A stretch of DNA of 52,706 bases from Candidatus Moranbacteria bacterium RIFOXYA12_FULL_35_19 (lineage in GTDB: Bacteria > Patescibacteriota > Minisyncoccia > Moranbacterales > UBA2206). The stretch is taken from assembly GCA_001784805.1 (NCBI GenBank), contig MFSE01000006.1, positions 1-52,706 of the forward strand, given 5' to 3'. Position numbers and translations under genes: made by a program. The stretch's first letter is position 1. Each line of letters begins with the position of its first letter. The notes beneath the pieces are model-generated. The model made no database searches. It worked only from the letters and a program-made list of their open reading frames with translations, and had not been told where the DNA came from. Shown here piece after piece: positions 19,262-28,689 of the stretch.

Positions 19262-19432
19262 TTATTTATAAAGTTCAACAACGGGAATTTCGTGTTTACA
19301 ATTTCCACAAGGAATAAACCACCAAACAGAATGATACTGTTTATGTTTACATTGAGGACAAATAATATAGCCAGCTCCTCCGACTCCAAATGTAAACTGT
19401 TTTTCTTCTTCTTTACTATCCTTATTGCTCAT
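19262..19432 (-). CDS. Small zinc-ribbon protein (56 aa, not in ORF track)
   Basis: GGAGG SD then MSNKDSKEEEKQFTFGVGGAGYIICPQCKHKQYHSVWWFIPCGNCKHEIPVVELYK; hairpin GCGGGAG..CTCCCGC follows. Confidence 0.65.
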   Translation of the reverse strand: MSNKDSKEEEKQFTFGVGGAGYIICPQCKHKQYHSVWWFIPCGNCKHEIPVVELYK

Positions 19433-19485
19433 AGTATCCCTCCTTTTTTGATTTTTTCGCCCAATTCTAATTTTTTATTCAATTT

Positions 19486-19725
19486 TTAAAATCCCATCTT
19501 CTGCTTTGCCATTCGGTATTGCTCTTCGGTGATTTGTCCAGACTTTTTCATTTGTTCCATCGCAGACAGAAGTTTATCCCGATTTTCCGGTTTGAAGGCT
19601 TCCTGCATTAATTTCTGTTGCTCTTGCGGACTCATATTTTGCAATTTTTTCATGGCCACTTTCTGCATCATATTTACCGCCGTCGAACTAATTTTTGACT
19701 TTGCTTTTTGAAATGGATTCCACAT
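19486..19725 (-). CDS. Small Met/Gln-rich helical hypothetical protein
   Basis: 79-aa ORF co-oriented downstream of secF. Confidence 0.65.
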   Translation of the reverse strand: MWNPFQKAKSKISSTAVNMMQKVAMKKLQNMSPQEQQKLMQEAFKPENRDKLLSAMEQMKKSGQITEEQYRMAKQKMGF

Positions 19726-19734
19726 AGTAATTCC

Positions 19735-19835
19735 CTACAAAATTACAAAATTTTACAAAAATACAAATATACAAAATGTTGTTTTTTCATTTTTTGTACT
19801 TTTGTATTTTTGTATTTATTTTGTACTTTTGTAGT
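19735..19835. repeat. TACAAAA-heptad inverted-repeat element overlapping the secF stop
   Basis: (TACAAAA)n arm then (TTTTGTA)n arm. Confidence 0.75.
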
Positions 19836-20724
19836 TTATTTGTAATTTATAACTCGTAACTAATAACGCCGAGGCGATAAAAATTGAAGAATATGTTCCA
19901 AAGAAAACTCCAATCAAAAGCGCCAAAGAAAAATCTCGAATTGTTGCTCCGCCAAAAATAAATACCGCCAGAAGAGTAATCAGAACAGTAAGTGAAGTAT
20001 TTACTGATCGAACCAAAGTTTCATTCAAACTTCTGTTTACTATATCCGGAAAAGTTTCCTTATTGGAACTTCTAAGTAAATTTTCCCGCGTTCGATCATA
20101 TACTACAATTGTATCATGCACTGAAAAACCTAAAATAGTAAGCAAAGCCGCTATAAAAGGAATCCCGACTTCTATCCCATAAAAATGTCCCAGCACAGAA
20201 AAAGCTCCCGTTGTTATAAGAATATCATGAACAAGGGCAATCACTGCCCCAATGCCATATTTCCAAGAAGCCACCGGTCGAGAAACCTTTCGAAAGGCCC
20301 AAGCAATATAAGCTAAAATTCCCGCAACTGCCCAAAATATCGCCCATAGAGATTTTGATTTCAATTCATTGGAAACTGAAGCATTAGCATAATCTACCCT
20401 AAGCTCCTTAGAATTTGGATATTTTTCGCTTATTTTTTTGAAAACATTTTGATTTATTGTATCATCCTCTGACGCATAGCGGATAAGGGCGGAGTTATTT
20501 TGCGTTGACTGAATCGTCAAGCTTTTCAGATTTAGATCCTTTAATGTTTCTTCAATTTCTTGATTAGCTGGAATACTATTTTCAAAACTAACTTCCATCA
20601 ATGTTCCGCCAGTAAAATCAATTCCGAATTTTAGTCCCCACACAAAAAGACTAACAACACTCAATATAGTAAGTGTTATTGAAAAAATATAAGCGTATTT
20701 AGTTTTGGAAATAATATTAATCAT
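19816..20724 (-). CDS. secF: Protein translocase subunit SecF
   Basis: GLKFGIDFTGG, LTILGFSVHDTIVVYDRTRE, GTYSSIFIA; start moved to 20724 because the longer start lies in a repeat. Confidence 0.96.
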   Translation of the reverse strand: MINIISKTKYAYIFSITLTILSVVSLFVWGLKFGIDFTGGTLMEVSFENSIPANQEIEETLKDLNLKSLTIQSTQNNSALIRYASEDDTINQNVFKKISEKYPNSKELRVDYANASVSNELKSKSLWAIFWAVAGILAYIAWAFRKVSRPVASWKYGIGAVIALVHDILITTGAFSVLGHFYGIEVGIPFIAALLTILGFSVHDTIVVYDRTRENLLRSSNKETFPDIVNRSLNETLVRSVNTSLTVLITLLAVFIFGGATIRDFSLALLIGVFFGTYSSIFIASALLVTSYKLQINYKSTK

Positions 20725-20730
20725 AATTTT

Positions 20731-20809
20731 TGTCATTGCGAAGGAGCGTAGCGACTGTGGCAATCTCGTAATTTAATTCTGAGATTGCTTCGCTTCACTC
20801 GCAATGACA
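20731..20809. repeat. TGTCATTGCG...CGCAATGACA double-hairpin element at the secD/secF junction
   Basis: Terminal IR plus internal GCAATCTC/GAGATTGC; contains the secD stop codon. Confidence 0.88.
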
Positions 20810-22524
20810 GATTTTTTTACTCCTATTAACCACATTTTATTCTCCAACCATTCCCCCATCACAAATCGTAAAATTGTTCTGGTAATAACTACGGCGGTAA
20901 ACATAGAAAGCAAAACTCCGATGATAAGCGTCACTGCGAAACCTTTCACAAATCCCGTACCCATTTCCATCAAAATAAAAGCTGTGATAATGGAAGACAT
21001 ATTTCCATCGCGAATAGAAGTCCACGCCCGCTTGAAACCTTCTTCAATGGCACCCAAAACATTTCGGCCTCTTCTAATTTCTTCCTTGGTTCTTTCAAAA
21101 ATCAAAATATTAGCATCCACCGCCATTCCGATCGAAAGAATAAATCCGGCAATACCAGGGAGAGTAAGGGTTATCTGCCAAGGCGAGAAAAAAGAAAGTT
21201 TGAAAATTGAAATCATCATTCCAGCATAAATAATCAGAGAAAAAGAAGCAATAAGACCCAAAAATCTATAATACAAAAGCATAAAGACAATTACCAAAAT
21301 CATTCCGATCATTCCCGCTTTCAAACTTTTTTCCAAAGATATTTGACCCAAAGATGCCTCCACGCTTTGTTGAGAAATCAAATTTATCGGCACTGGAAGC
21401 GCGCCTTCATTAAGCCTTTTGACTAAATCTTTTGCTTCTTCAGTTGAAAAATTTCCAGTAATAACTGCTTCTCCATTAGTTATCTCGGCCTGAACTGTTG
21501 GCGCGCTGATTATTTGATTATCAATATAAATCGCTACTTGTTTTTGTAAATTTCTTTTTGTAATTTCCGCAAATAATTTTGTGCCTTCATCATCAAATTT
21601 CAAAGATACCTCCGGTTCAGAAAGTCCTTGGTTTTGAAACTGAACACTCGCATTTTTCAAGTTTTTTCCGGAAAGTCCAGTAGGAATAAATTCTTTCTTT
21701 GGCTCTGGATTAACTTTTTTTGCAATCAAAATATGAGCACTTTTAAATTCTTGACTGTCGCCCTCGCCCCCGCCTCGCGTCGACGAGTCGTCTTCGCGAG
21801 TCGAGGCGGGTTTAACTTCAATTCTTTTTATTATATGCCAGCCAAAATCAGTTTCCACCAACTCTTTGTATATTTCGCCGTCTTTCAAATTTTTGTTAAA
21901 AATTACATCTTCATATTCTGGTACAAAAGAGCCTTTTTTGACAAAATCATATTCTCCACCATTATCTTTTGACCCAGGATCTTCACTATTATTTTTCGCC
22001 AATTCTCCAAAATCTTCACCCGCTAAAGCTTTTTTTAGTAAATCTTGAGCTTTCTTTTTCGCCTCCTCATTCGCCTTTTTCAATTCTTCTTCTGGAATTT
22101 TTTCCACTGCTTCTTCCTTTTCTTCCTTAAACTCCAAAAGTGGAGTGGCCTTGATCATATCTTTCGCTTGATTTATATCTTTCACTCCGGCTAGCTCTAC
22201 AACCAATCTATTTTCTGTGCCAGATTTTGTCGTATAAACAATCGGCTCCGCTACACCAAAAGCGTTGACGCGTCTTTCGATCACATCTTGCACCGCCTCC
22301 ATCGCTTCGCCAATTTTTCCGCTTTCAATTTGAGTAACATCCGCTTTATATTCCAAATGAATTCCGCCTTGCAAATCTAAGCCTAAATTGATTTTGGCCT
22401 TGTTTAGAGCATTATAAACCGGTGAGATTTTCGAAACCGCCTTTGGATAGGAAACCAACCCCGCAAAAATTGCCAAGATTATTACCGCCCCAAATTTTAG
22501 TCTAAGTTTTTGTCTAACATTCAT
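20773..22524 (-). CDS. secD: Protein translocase subunit SecD with an inserted parvulin-type PPIase domain
   Basis: INLGLDLQGG, RRVNAFGVAEP, GMAVDANILIFER; insert has EDFGELAKNNSEDPGSKDNGG..FGWHII..SAHILI. Confidence 0.95.
   Translation of the reverse strand: MNVRQKLRLKFGAVIILAIFAGLVSYPKAVSKISPVYNALNKAKINLGLDLQGGIHLEYKADVTQIESGKIGEAMEAVQDVIERRVNAFGVAEPIVYTTKSGTENRLVVELAGVKDINQAKDMIKATPLLEFKEEKEEAVEKIPEEELKKANEEAKKKAQDLLKKALAGEDFGELAKNNSEDPGSKDNGGEYDFVKKGSFVPEYEDVIFNKNLKDGEIYKELVETDFGWHIIKRIEVKPASTREDDSSTRGGGEGDSQEFKSAHILIAKKVNPEPKKEFIPTGLSGKNLKNASVQFQNQGLSEPEVSLKFDDEGTKLFAEITKRNLQKQVAIYIDNQIISAPTVQAEITNGEAVITGNFSTEEAKDLVKRLNEGALPVPINLISQQSVEASLGQISLEKSLKAGMIGMILVIVFMLLYYRFLGLIASFSLIIYAGMMISIFKLSFFSPWQITLTLPGIAGFILSIGMAVDANILIFERTKEEIRRGRNVLGAIEEGFKRAWTSIRDGNMSSIITAFILMEMGTGFVKGFAVTLIIGVLLSMFTAVVITRTILRFVMGEWLENKMWLIGVKKSVIASEAKQSQN
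21769..21810. repeat. 42-bp CCCGCCTCG...CGAGGCGGG element in frame in secD
   Basis: Exactly 14 codons, PASTREDDSSTRGG; 9-bp terminal IR. Confidence 0.9.
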
Positions 22525-22535
22525 ATTTTATGATT

Positions 22536-22988
22536 CTACACTGCCCTCGATTTTTTTTCAAGTATTGAAATTTTAGATATATTTTTAAATTTTTCAACAA
22601 ATTTTTTATTTCTTGGTGACATTTTTAATTTTTCAAATTCATTTATATTTATCCAACGAAAATCGTCATGTTCATAACTAAGTTTTATCTTTGAAATTGC
22701 CAGTTGAGTAGCATAACAAATTGTTACCCAAAATTCATTTCTATCATCAAGTCCAGATATAACATCAATGACATTTAAATTTTTAACTTCTAATTGCGTT
22801 TCTTCTTTAATTTCTCGAATAATTCCTTTTTTTGCGTCTTCTCCAAAATCTAATTCTCCTCCCGGAAAATCCCAAAACAAAGGTTGACTTGGGGCAGTTT
22901 TTGATCGTCTAATTACTAAAATCTTTTTATTTTTATCAAATAGAATTGCTTTTTGAGATACTCTAATTTTTTTATTATTATTTTCCAT
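22536..22988 (-). CDS. NUDIX hydrolase
   Basis: WDFPGG..GED..IIREIKEETQL Nudix box; start probably MENNN. Confidence 0.9.
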   Translation of the reverse strand: MENNNKKIRVSQKAILFDKNKKILVIRRSKTAPSQPLFWDFPGGELDFGEDAKKGIIREIKEETQLEVKNLNVIDVISGLDDRNEFWVTICYATQLAISKIKLSYEHDDFRWININEFEKLKMSPRNKKFVEKFKNISKISILEKKSRAV

Positions 22989-23000
22989 AATAATCTTCCT

Positions 23001-23061
23001 ATGTCTATATGTGGTTATATGGACATTTATATCTCTTTCCATATATTGATATATGGAAAGA
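23001..23061. repeat. Two adjacent palindromes between the NUDIX genes
   Basis: ATGTCTATAT/ATATGGACAT and perfect 13-bp arms TCTTTCCATATAT/ATATATGGAAAGA. Confidence 0.7.
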
Positions 23062-23092
23062 ATTAGCTTTTAAAATTTTGGTTTGAATTATT

Positions 23093-23542
23093 TTATTTTT
23101 TTATTTCTCGTAAAACTTTATCAAATCCCGGTAACAATTTAAATTTTTTTATTTCACTGAATTTTATCCAGCAATAATTTTGTGCTTCCCAGTCTAATTT
23201 TATTTTATCTGTTTTCACTTCCACTAAAATTGGATGCGCAATCCAAGTTTTTTTATATTTTTTCTCTTCTTGGTGAAAAATATTTCCCAATTTTATAGAA
23301 ATTATATCTTTTTTTGCTATTCCCAATTCTTCCTTAATTTCGCTTTCTATTTTTTGTTTAAGTGTTTTTTTATCATCTAAAAATCCAGAAATTCCATTCC
23401 AAAAATTTGGATAAAAATTAAGATTTCCACTTCTTTGCACAATTAGAATTTTATCTTTATATTTCACTACGCAATTAATCACCGGCGCAAACCTTGCATT
23501 AGTGAAATCAACTTGTCCTAGTTTTGGTTGGAATTTTTTCAT
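23093..23542 (-). CDS. NUDIX-family protein (degenerate box)
   Basis: WNGISGFLD..EIKEELGI..LDWEAQNY.WI; start probably MKKFQPK. Confidence 0.82.
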   Translation of the reverse strand: MKKFQPKLGQVDFTNARFAPVINCVVKYKDKILIVQRSGNLNFYPNFWNGISGFLDDKKTLKQKIESEIKEELGIAKKDIISIKLGNIFHQEEKKYKKTWIAHPILVEVKTDKIKLDWEAQNYCWIKFSEIKKFKLLPGFDKVLREIKK

Positions 23543-23588
23543 TTTATTTCCCGCAACATTTTTAGACTTCAATAGTGTCCCACAAAAA

Positions 23589-23915
23589 TTAAATTTCTTC
23601 TAATAGATATACATCCAGTGCAACTTCTTCGTAAGGATGTACTTTTTTTATGGTAGCGATAATATCTTTTACGAGATTGCGATCACATACGAATTCTATC
23701 CTCTCTTCCTGAACTGATTCCGGTTTTCCAACTTCGCCTATTACTGGATGCGCACCATCTTCTGGTTTGAATCGACCAATACCTTTTGAAGAAAAACTGC
23801 AGTGAGTATAATTTCCGATTTTCCCTGCACCCGCCTTTCCAATAGACTCACGAACAATATTTGTATGTGATTCTGGTACAAATACTACAATTTTTACATT
23901 ATTAGATTGACTCAT
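23589..23915 (-). CDS. YqfO/NIF3-like PII-fold small protein
   Basis: KIVVFVPE..AGAGKIGNYTHCSF..HPYEEVALD. Confidence 0.85.
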   Translation of the reverse strand: MSQSNNVKIVVFVPESHTNIVRESIGKAGAGKIGNYTHCSFSSKGIGRFKPEDGAHPVIGEVGKPESVQEERIEFVCDRNLVKDIIATIKKVHPYEEVALDVYLLEEI

Positions 23916-23926
23916 AATTTTATATT

Positions 23927-26623
23927 TTATTTCCCGCAACACTTCTTATACTTTTTACCCGACCCACACGGACACGGATCATTTCGACCAACTTTATTAT
24001 TGTTGATTATTGGAGATAGTTTTTTAGTTTCTTGTTTATTATTTATTGATCCTTGTTCATTGTTCTTTGATTCTTGTTTCGCGGCAGAAAACTGTTCGAC
24101 TTCCCCGCCTCCACTATAATTCAAATTATTTTGCTTAGAAGTTTCTTGAGTCTTGGGAGCTACCAAACTTACTTTGAAAATCGTGCGCACAATAGAAGAT
24201 CGGATATTATTAAGTAGTTGCGAAAACATATGATATGCTTCTTTTTTATATTCAATCAAGGGATCTCTTTGGCCGTAACCACGCAGGCCAATGCCGTCTC
24301 GCAGATAATCCATTTCGTCCAAATGATTCATCCAAGTCATATCCATTGTCTGAAGAATTATCATTTTTTCAATGCTTCGCATATTTTCACTGCCAATTTC
24401 TTGCTCTTTTTTATTATAAGCTTCCTTGACGAGACCAATTAGATATTCCGTCATCGCTGATATTTTTTCCGCTGAATTCTTAGCATTATTATTTTTTATC
24501 TCTTCCAGTTTTTTCTCCACCGCTTTTTCTGCCGGAATAATATTTTTCACTCCTTCATATATCTCATGTGTTTGGAATTTTTCTTCTTCGGCGCTATAAA
24601 AAGAAACTAGATTTTCCATTTCTTGACTGATATACCCAAGCATTTCATTTTTTAGATCTGGCGCGCCTAAAATTTCTTTGCGTTTTTTATAAATAACTTC
24701 CCGCTGTTTATTCATTACATCGTCATATTCCAAAACATGTTTTCGAATATCAAAGTTGAAGCCTTCAATTTTCGATTGAGCGTTTTCAATTGTCCGAGAA
24801 ATTATTTTATTTTGAATCGGCTGATCTTCTGGCAGTCCCAGCGTATTCATCATATTTATCAGTTTGTCTCCCCCAAAACGACGCATCAGTTCATCTTCCA
24901 AGGACACAAAAAATTGACTCATCCCAGGGTCGCCTTGCCGGCCAGCGCGTCCCCGAAGCTGATTGTCAATGCGCCGAGCTTCATGCCGTTCTGTTCCCAA
25001 AATAAAAAGTCCACCCAAATCTTTCACGCCTTCGCCAAGTTTAATGTCCGTTCCTCTTCCCGCCATATTAGTTGCAATCGTAACTGACCCCTTTTGCCCA
25101 GCATTTTGGATTATGAGCGCTTCTTTTTCATGTTGCTTAGCATTCAAAACTTCATGCTTCACTCCAAAGCGAGTGAGAAGCGCGCTTAGATATTCCGATT
25201 TTTCAATGGCAATTGTTCCGACCAAAACCGGCTGACCAATTTTATTGATTTCTTTGATCCGCTCACAAATCGCATTAAATTTTCCTTTTTCTGATTTATA
25301 CACAATATCCGGTAAATCTTTTCTGACCAAAGGTTTATTAGTTGGAATTTCTACCACATCAATATTGTAAACTTTATGAAATTCTTCAGCTGAAGTTGAA
25401 GCTGTTCCTGTCATACCAGAAAGTTTGTTGTACATTCGAAAATAATTTTGAAAAGTAATCGTCGCCAAAGTTCTAGATTCTTTTTGCACTTGAACTTTTT
25501 CTTTAGCTTCAATCGCCTGATGAAGACCTTCGGAGTATCGTCGTCCGGGCATAAGCCGTCCCGTAAAGTCATCCACAATTATCACTTCACCATCTTTCAC
25601 TACATAATCTCGATCGCGTTCAAAAATAATTTGAGCTTTGAGAGCTTGTTCTAGATGATGGACATAATTTATTTTTCCCGCTTCATAAATATTCCCCATT
25701 CCAAGCCAATCTTCAATTTTTGAAATTCCACTGTCTGTGATGGAAACCGCCTTCATTTTTTCATCCACTTCAAAATCATCGCCTCTTTTTAGCCTTGGAA
25801 CAAGCGAAGCAAATTGCTGATACATCTTAGTTGATTCCGAATCCGGCGCACTAATGATAAGAGGCGTTCTGGCTTCATCAATTAAAATTGAATCGACTTC
25901 ATCCACGATCGCAAAATTCAAATGTTTTTCCGCGTCAATTTTCGTTTCAATCTGTTTAAGTCCGCGAGCTTGGGCCATCTGGTCCAAGCTATGCACCATA
26001 TTATCGCGCAGATAATCAAAACCGAATTCATTATTGGTGCCATAAGTGATGTCAGCGTTATAAGCATCGCGCCTAGAAACTTCTTTAAGATTTTGCATTT
26101 CAATACTAACCTCATTTTCATCAATTATTTTTGGTTCATAAATATATGAAGTGTCATGAATAATACAAGCCGTGGAAATTCCAAGAAAATAAAGGATACC
26201 GCCCATCCAATTACAATCTCTTTTCGCCAGATAATCATTGACTGTGACAATATGCACTCCCTTGCCAGTCAAAGCATTGAGGTACATTGGCAAAAGTGCA
26301 GTGTGAGTTTTTCCTTCTCCCGTTTTCATTTCGGCAATTCTGCCTTGATGCAAAATTATCCCGCCTGTCATCTGTACATCAAACAATCTTTTGTTATCCA
26401 CTCTCTTGACCGCTTCACGCACAACAGCAAAAGCCTCCGGCAAAATTTCATCCAGTGTTTCTTTTTCTTCTATGCGTTTTTTAAATTCTTCAGTTTTAGC
26501 GCGAAGTTCTTCGTCTGACAATTTGGAAATTTCCGCTTCCAAAGAATTTATTTTTTCGACAATCGGACGAGTTCTGGCGACCTCTTTTTCATTCGAACCA
26601 AAAAGTTTACTGATAATTGACAT
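23927..26623 (-). CDS. secA: Protein translocase ATPase SecA
   Basis: EMKTGEGKT, AIVDEVDSILIDEARTPLIIS, SEC-C motif GRNDPCPCGSGKKYKKCC; start MSIISK. Confidence 0.98.
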   Translation of the reverse strand: MSIISKLFGSNEKEVARTRPIVEKINSLEAEISKLSDEELRAKTEEFKKRIEEKETLDEILPEAFAVVREAVKRVDNKRLFDVQMTGGIILHQGRIAEMKTGEGKTHTALLPMYLNALTGKGVHIVTVNDYLAKRDCNWMGGILYFLGISTACIIHDTSYIYEPKIIDENEVSIEMQNLKEVSRRDAYNADITYGTNNEFGFDYLRDNMVHSLDQMAQARGLKQIETKIDAEKHLNFAIVDEVDSILIDEARTPLIISAPDSESTKMYQQFASLVPRLKRGDDFEVDEKMKAVSITDSGISKIEDWLGMGNIYEAGKINYVHHLEQALKAQIIFERDRDYVVKDGEVIIVDDFTGRLMPGRRYSEGLHQAIEAKEKVQVQKESRTLATITFQNYFRMYNKLSGMTGTASTSAEEFHKVYNIDVVEIPTNKPLVRKDLPDIVYKSEKGKFNAICERIKEINKIGQPVLVGTIAIEKSEYLSALLTRFGVKHEVLNAKQHEKEALIIQNAGQKGSVTIATNMAGRGTDIKLGEGVKDLGGLFILGTERHEARRIDNQLRGRAGRQGDPGMSQFFVSLEDELMRRFGGDKLINMMNTLGLPEDQPIQNKIISRTIENAQSKIEGFNFDIRKHVLEYDDVMNKQREVIYKKRKEILGAPDLKNEMLGYISQEMENLVSFYSAEEEKFQTHEIYEGVKNIIPAEKAVEKKLEEIKNNNAKNSAEKISAMTEYLIGLVKEAYNKKEQEIGSENMRSIEKMIILQTMDMTWMNHLDEMDYLRDGIGLRGYGQRDPLIEYKKEAYHMFSQLLNNIRSSIVRTIFKVSLVAPKTQETSKQNNLNYSGGGEVEQFSAAKQESKNNEQGSINNKQETKKLSPIINNNKVGRNDPCPCGSGKKYKKCCGK

Positions 26624-26635
26624 AAATAAAAAACT

Positions 26636-26702
26636 TGTCATGCTGAATTTATTTCAGCATCTCAAGTAAATTCCTAGATCCTGAAACAAGTTCAGGATGA
26701 CA
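26636..26702. repeat. TGTCAT...ATGACA double-hairpin element upstream of secA
   Basis: TGTCATGCTGAATTTATTTCAGCATCT...AGATCCTGAAACAAGTTCAGGATGACA; right arm identical to the pheT insert. Confidence 0.9.
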
Positions 26703-26768
26703 TTTCTAATGGCTTAATTTAACCTATTTATTCTAGCAAAAAAAGAGGCGGGAGTCAAAAGAAGATTT

Positions 26769-27602
26769 TTAGTTTATAAATTTGAAGGTGAAGAGAATTT
26801 GATCAAAAATATTTTTAAATTCTCCAAAATAAGAACCTGTTGAGATTTCAATTATGGTTCCATTTTTATTGATAATTAAACCTTTGGGATAATAAATCAT
26901 TCCAACACTTACGCCAGACATTAAGGCTTCGTTAATCTGTTTAATTTCTTTTTCCTTTTTTGTTTCATTATATCCATATTCAACTGCTCTAAAACCACCA
27001 ATAAAGTAACTTCTTAATTTCAGATCACCAAATCCATTAACAATTGAGTTGTCTGGAGTATTGTAATAGCTTTCAAATCTACTTACAGCGACATCTATTC
27101 TTATTTCAACTGATTGCTTTGAATAACTAAACTTTTCTGCTGGAGTTGCTTCTTGCTTTGCTAAAAAAATTTGTTGCCCTTCCTCTTTTATATAGAAATT
27201 TTCTGGATATTTTATCTCAAACCCATATTTTTCATTCCTATAAGTTTTCCAATCAGAAATATCAATTTGTTTTTGACTATCGCCTATTTTACATTCTCCT
27301 CTCTGAAATGCCCATTCTTCACATTGCGACCCATCAGAAAATTTGCACATTCCGCTTTGACTGCCGTCAGTGGCCGTGATAATTTCCAATTTTCCGCCAT
27401 TCTCCTCACAAAAAACCGAGGCTGGATTGGCCATGCCAACATTATTTTCTTTTACTTTTGGTTCCGGAATTTTAATTGTCTTTTGTGGCACTGAAACAGA
27501 AATATTATTCATCTCATAGACTTCCCAAACAAACATTCCCGCCGTGATTGCTATGATAATTATAATTGTTGTTCCTAGCCAAGTTTTTATTTTTGTGTTC
27601 AT
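26769..27602 (-). CDS. Membrane-anchored protein with DUF333-like and PsbP-like regions
   Basis: TM; MANPASVFCEENGG..C..CEEW; WKTYRNEKYGFEIKYP. Confidence 0.75.
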   Translation of the reverse strand: MNTKIKTWLGTTIIIIIAITAGMFVWEVYEMNNISVSVPQKTIKIPEPKVKENNVGMANPASVFCEENGGKLEIITATDGSQSGMCKFSDGSQCEEWAFQRGECKIGDSQKQIDISDWKTYRNEKYGFEIKYPENFYIKEEGQQIFLAKQEATPAEKFSYSKQSVEIRIDVAVSRFESYYNTPDNSIVNGFGDLKLRSYFIGGFRAVEYGYNETKKEKEIKQINEALMSGVSVGMIYYPKGLIINKNGTIIEISTGSYFGEFKNIFDQILFTFKFIN

Positions 27603-27605
27603 ATT

Positions 27606-28577
27606 TTATTTATTAATTAGTAGTTCAAAAGTCTGCAATATTTTTTCAGCTTCATCACATCTAGCCTGTTGAAAAGCATCAAATTGTCCGCCACCAGTAT
27701 CATTTTTTTGTCCACAACAACCATCGCAATAATAAACTTTGTCAGCATCTTCAGTTATTTTAGTAAGCGCTGATTTATTAGCAGTGTTATTCCATTCCTT
27801 TTTCGTGACAACCCTGATGGTTATTAGGCAAAAGGGCTGATGATTGTTTCTAAAGCTAAAACAAACACTCTTATCATTAGGCTGGTTACTTTCATTTGCC
27901 GTATATCCTTTCCAAGATTCAGGAAAACCCAAGCCAAATCCGATTTTTTCATTTTTATACGATCTCCAATCCAACAGGTTAGTTTTTTCTATTATATTAG
28001 AAAATTTCACAGGTAATTTAAATTCTTCATCCAGTTCCCGCATATCAGATGGATTATCTTTTTTGAAAAGAAGATATCCCTTTTCTGTTTTCGGCTCACT
28101 AAAATTGATTTCGCATCTAAAATCCACGAAGTCTTCCGTCATCCAAGTATCATTTTCTGATTTTGAAATAAATGAACAAAAGTGCGATCCCAGCTTTTTG
28201 TCATTATCATCATAAACTTCACCGGGAAAATCACCTTCGAAAAACCAACCGCCGACTGCACTTCCCAAAATCAAAACTGGACTGGCTATTTCATCATTCG
28301 GTTTTAGCGAAGTTATTATAATTTTGTTTGCAATTCCAACAATTTCTGGACACGGTGCAAATTCACAATTTGGCGCAATTCGAGAAACTGCCGAGCCGTC
28401 CGGACAAATTTTTGCTTCTTCCGTACAAGCCACTGGCTTATTCTTCTTGGGAATGTTAATGATTGGATTATTTTCAGTTTTAATTCCTTTCCACAGATAA
28501 AAAGAAATTCCAGTCAAAAAAATTGCCAGAATTATTATCACACTAAACGCTAGAATTGTTGATATCTTTTTATTCAT
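27606..28577 (-). CDS. Membrane-anchored surface protein (Cys motif, Gmad2/Ig-like, PsbP-like)
   Basis: TM; ACTEEAKICPDGS..CEFAPCP; GWFFEGDFP..KDNPS; WRSYKNEKIGF. Confidence 0.72.
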   Translation of the reverse strand: MNKKISTILAFSVIIILAIFLTGISFYLWKGIKTENNPIINIPKKNKPVACTEEAKICPDGSAVSRIAPNCEFAPCPEIVGIANKIIITSLKPNDEIASPVLILGSAVGGWFFEGDFPGEVYDDNDKKLGSHFCSFISKSENDTWMTEDFVDFRCEINFSEPKTEKGYLLFKKDNPSDMRELDEEFKLPVKFSNIIEKTNLLDWRSYKNEKIGFGLGFPESWKGYTANESNQPNDKSVCFSFRNNHQPFCLITIRVVTKKEWNNTANKSALTKITEDADKVYYCDGCCGQKNDTGGGQFDAFQQARCDEAEKILQTFELLINK

Positions 28578-28689
28578 TATATTTGTTTTAAAAAATTATC
28601 TAAAGTATTTTTGTTTCATGTTTCATGCTTTATGATTTTATTATACCACAAAAAAAGAAAATTGTCCCGAATGTTCGGGACAACTCTTC

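Noticed and set aside
19126-19489. Track ORFs 19126-19389 (-) and 19199-19489 (+)
   Set aside because: No recognisable features; a different frame (19262-19432) has an SD and a CxxC pair.
20725-20763. N-terminal extension of SecF (similar extensions for PheS, SecA and TrmD)
   Set aside because: The extensions come from upstream repeats or hairpins; conserved sequence starts at a later ATG.
15572-21810. Inteins explaining the PheT and SecD inserts
   Set aside because: The inserts are 9-20 aa or parvulin-like and lack intein splicing motifs.
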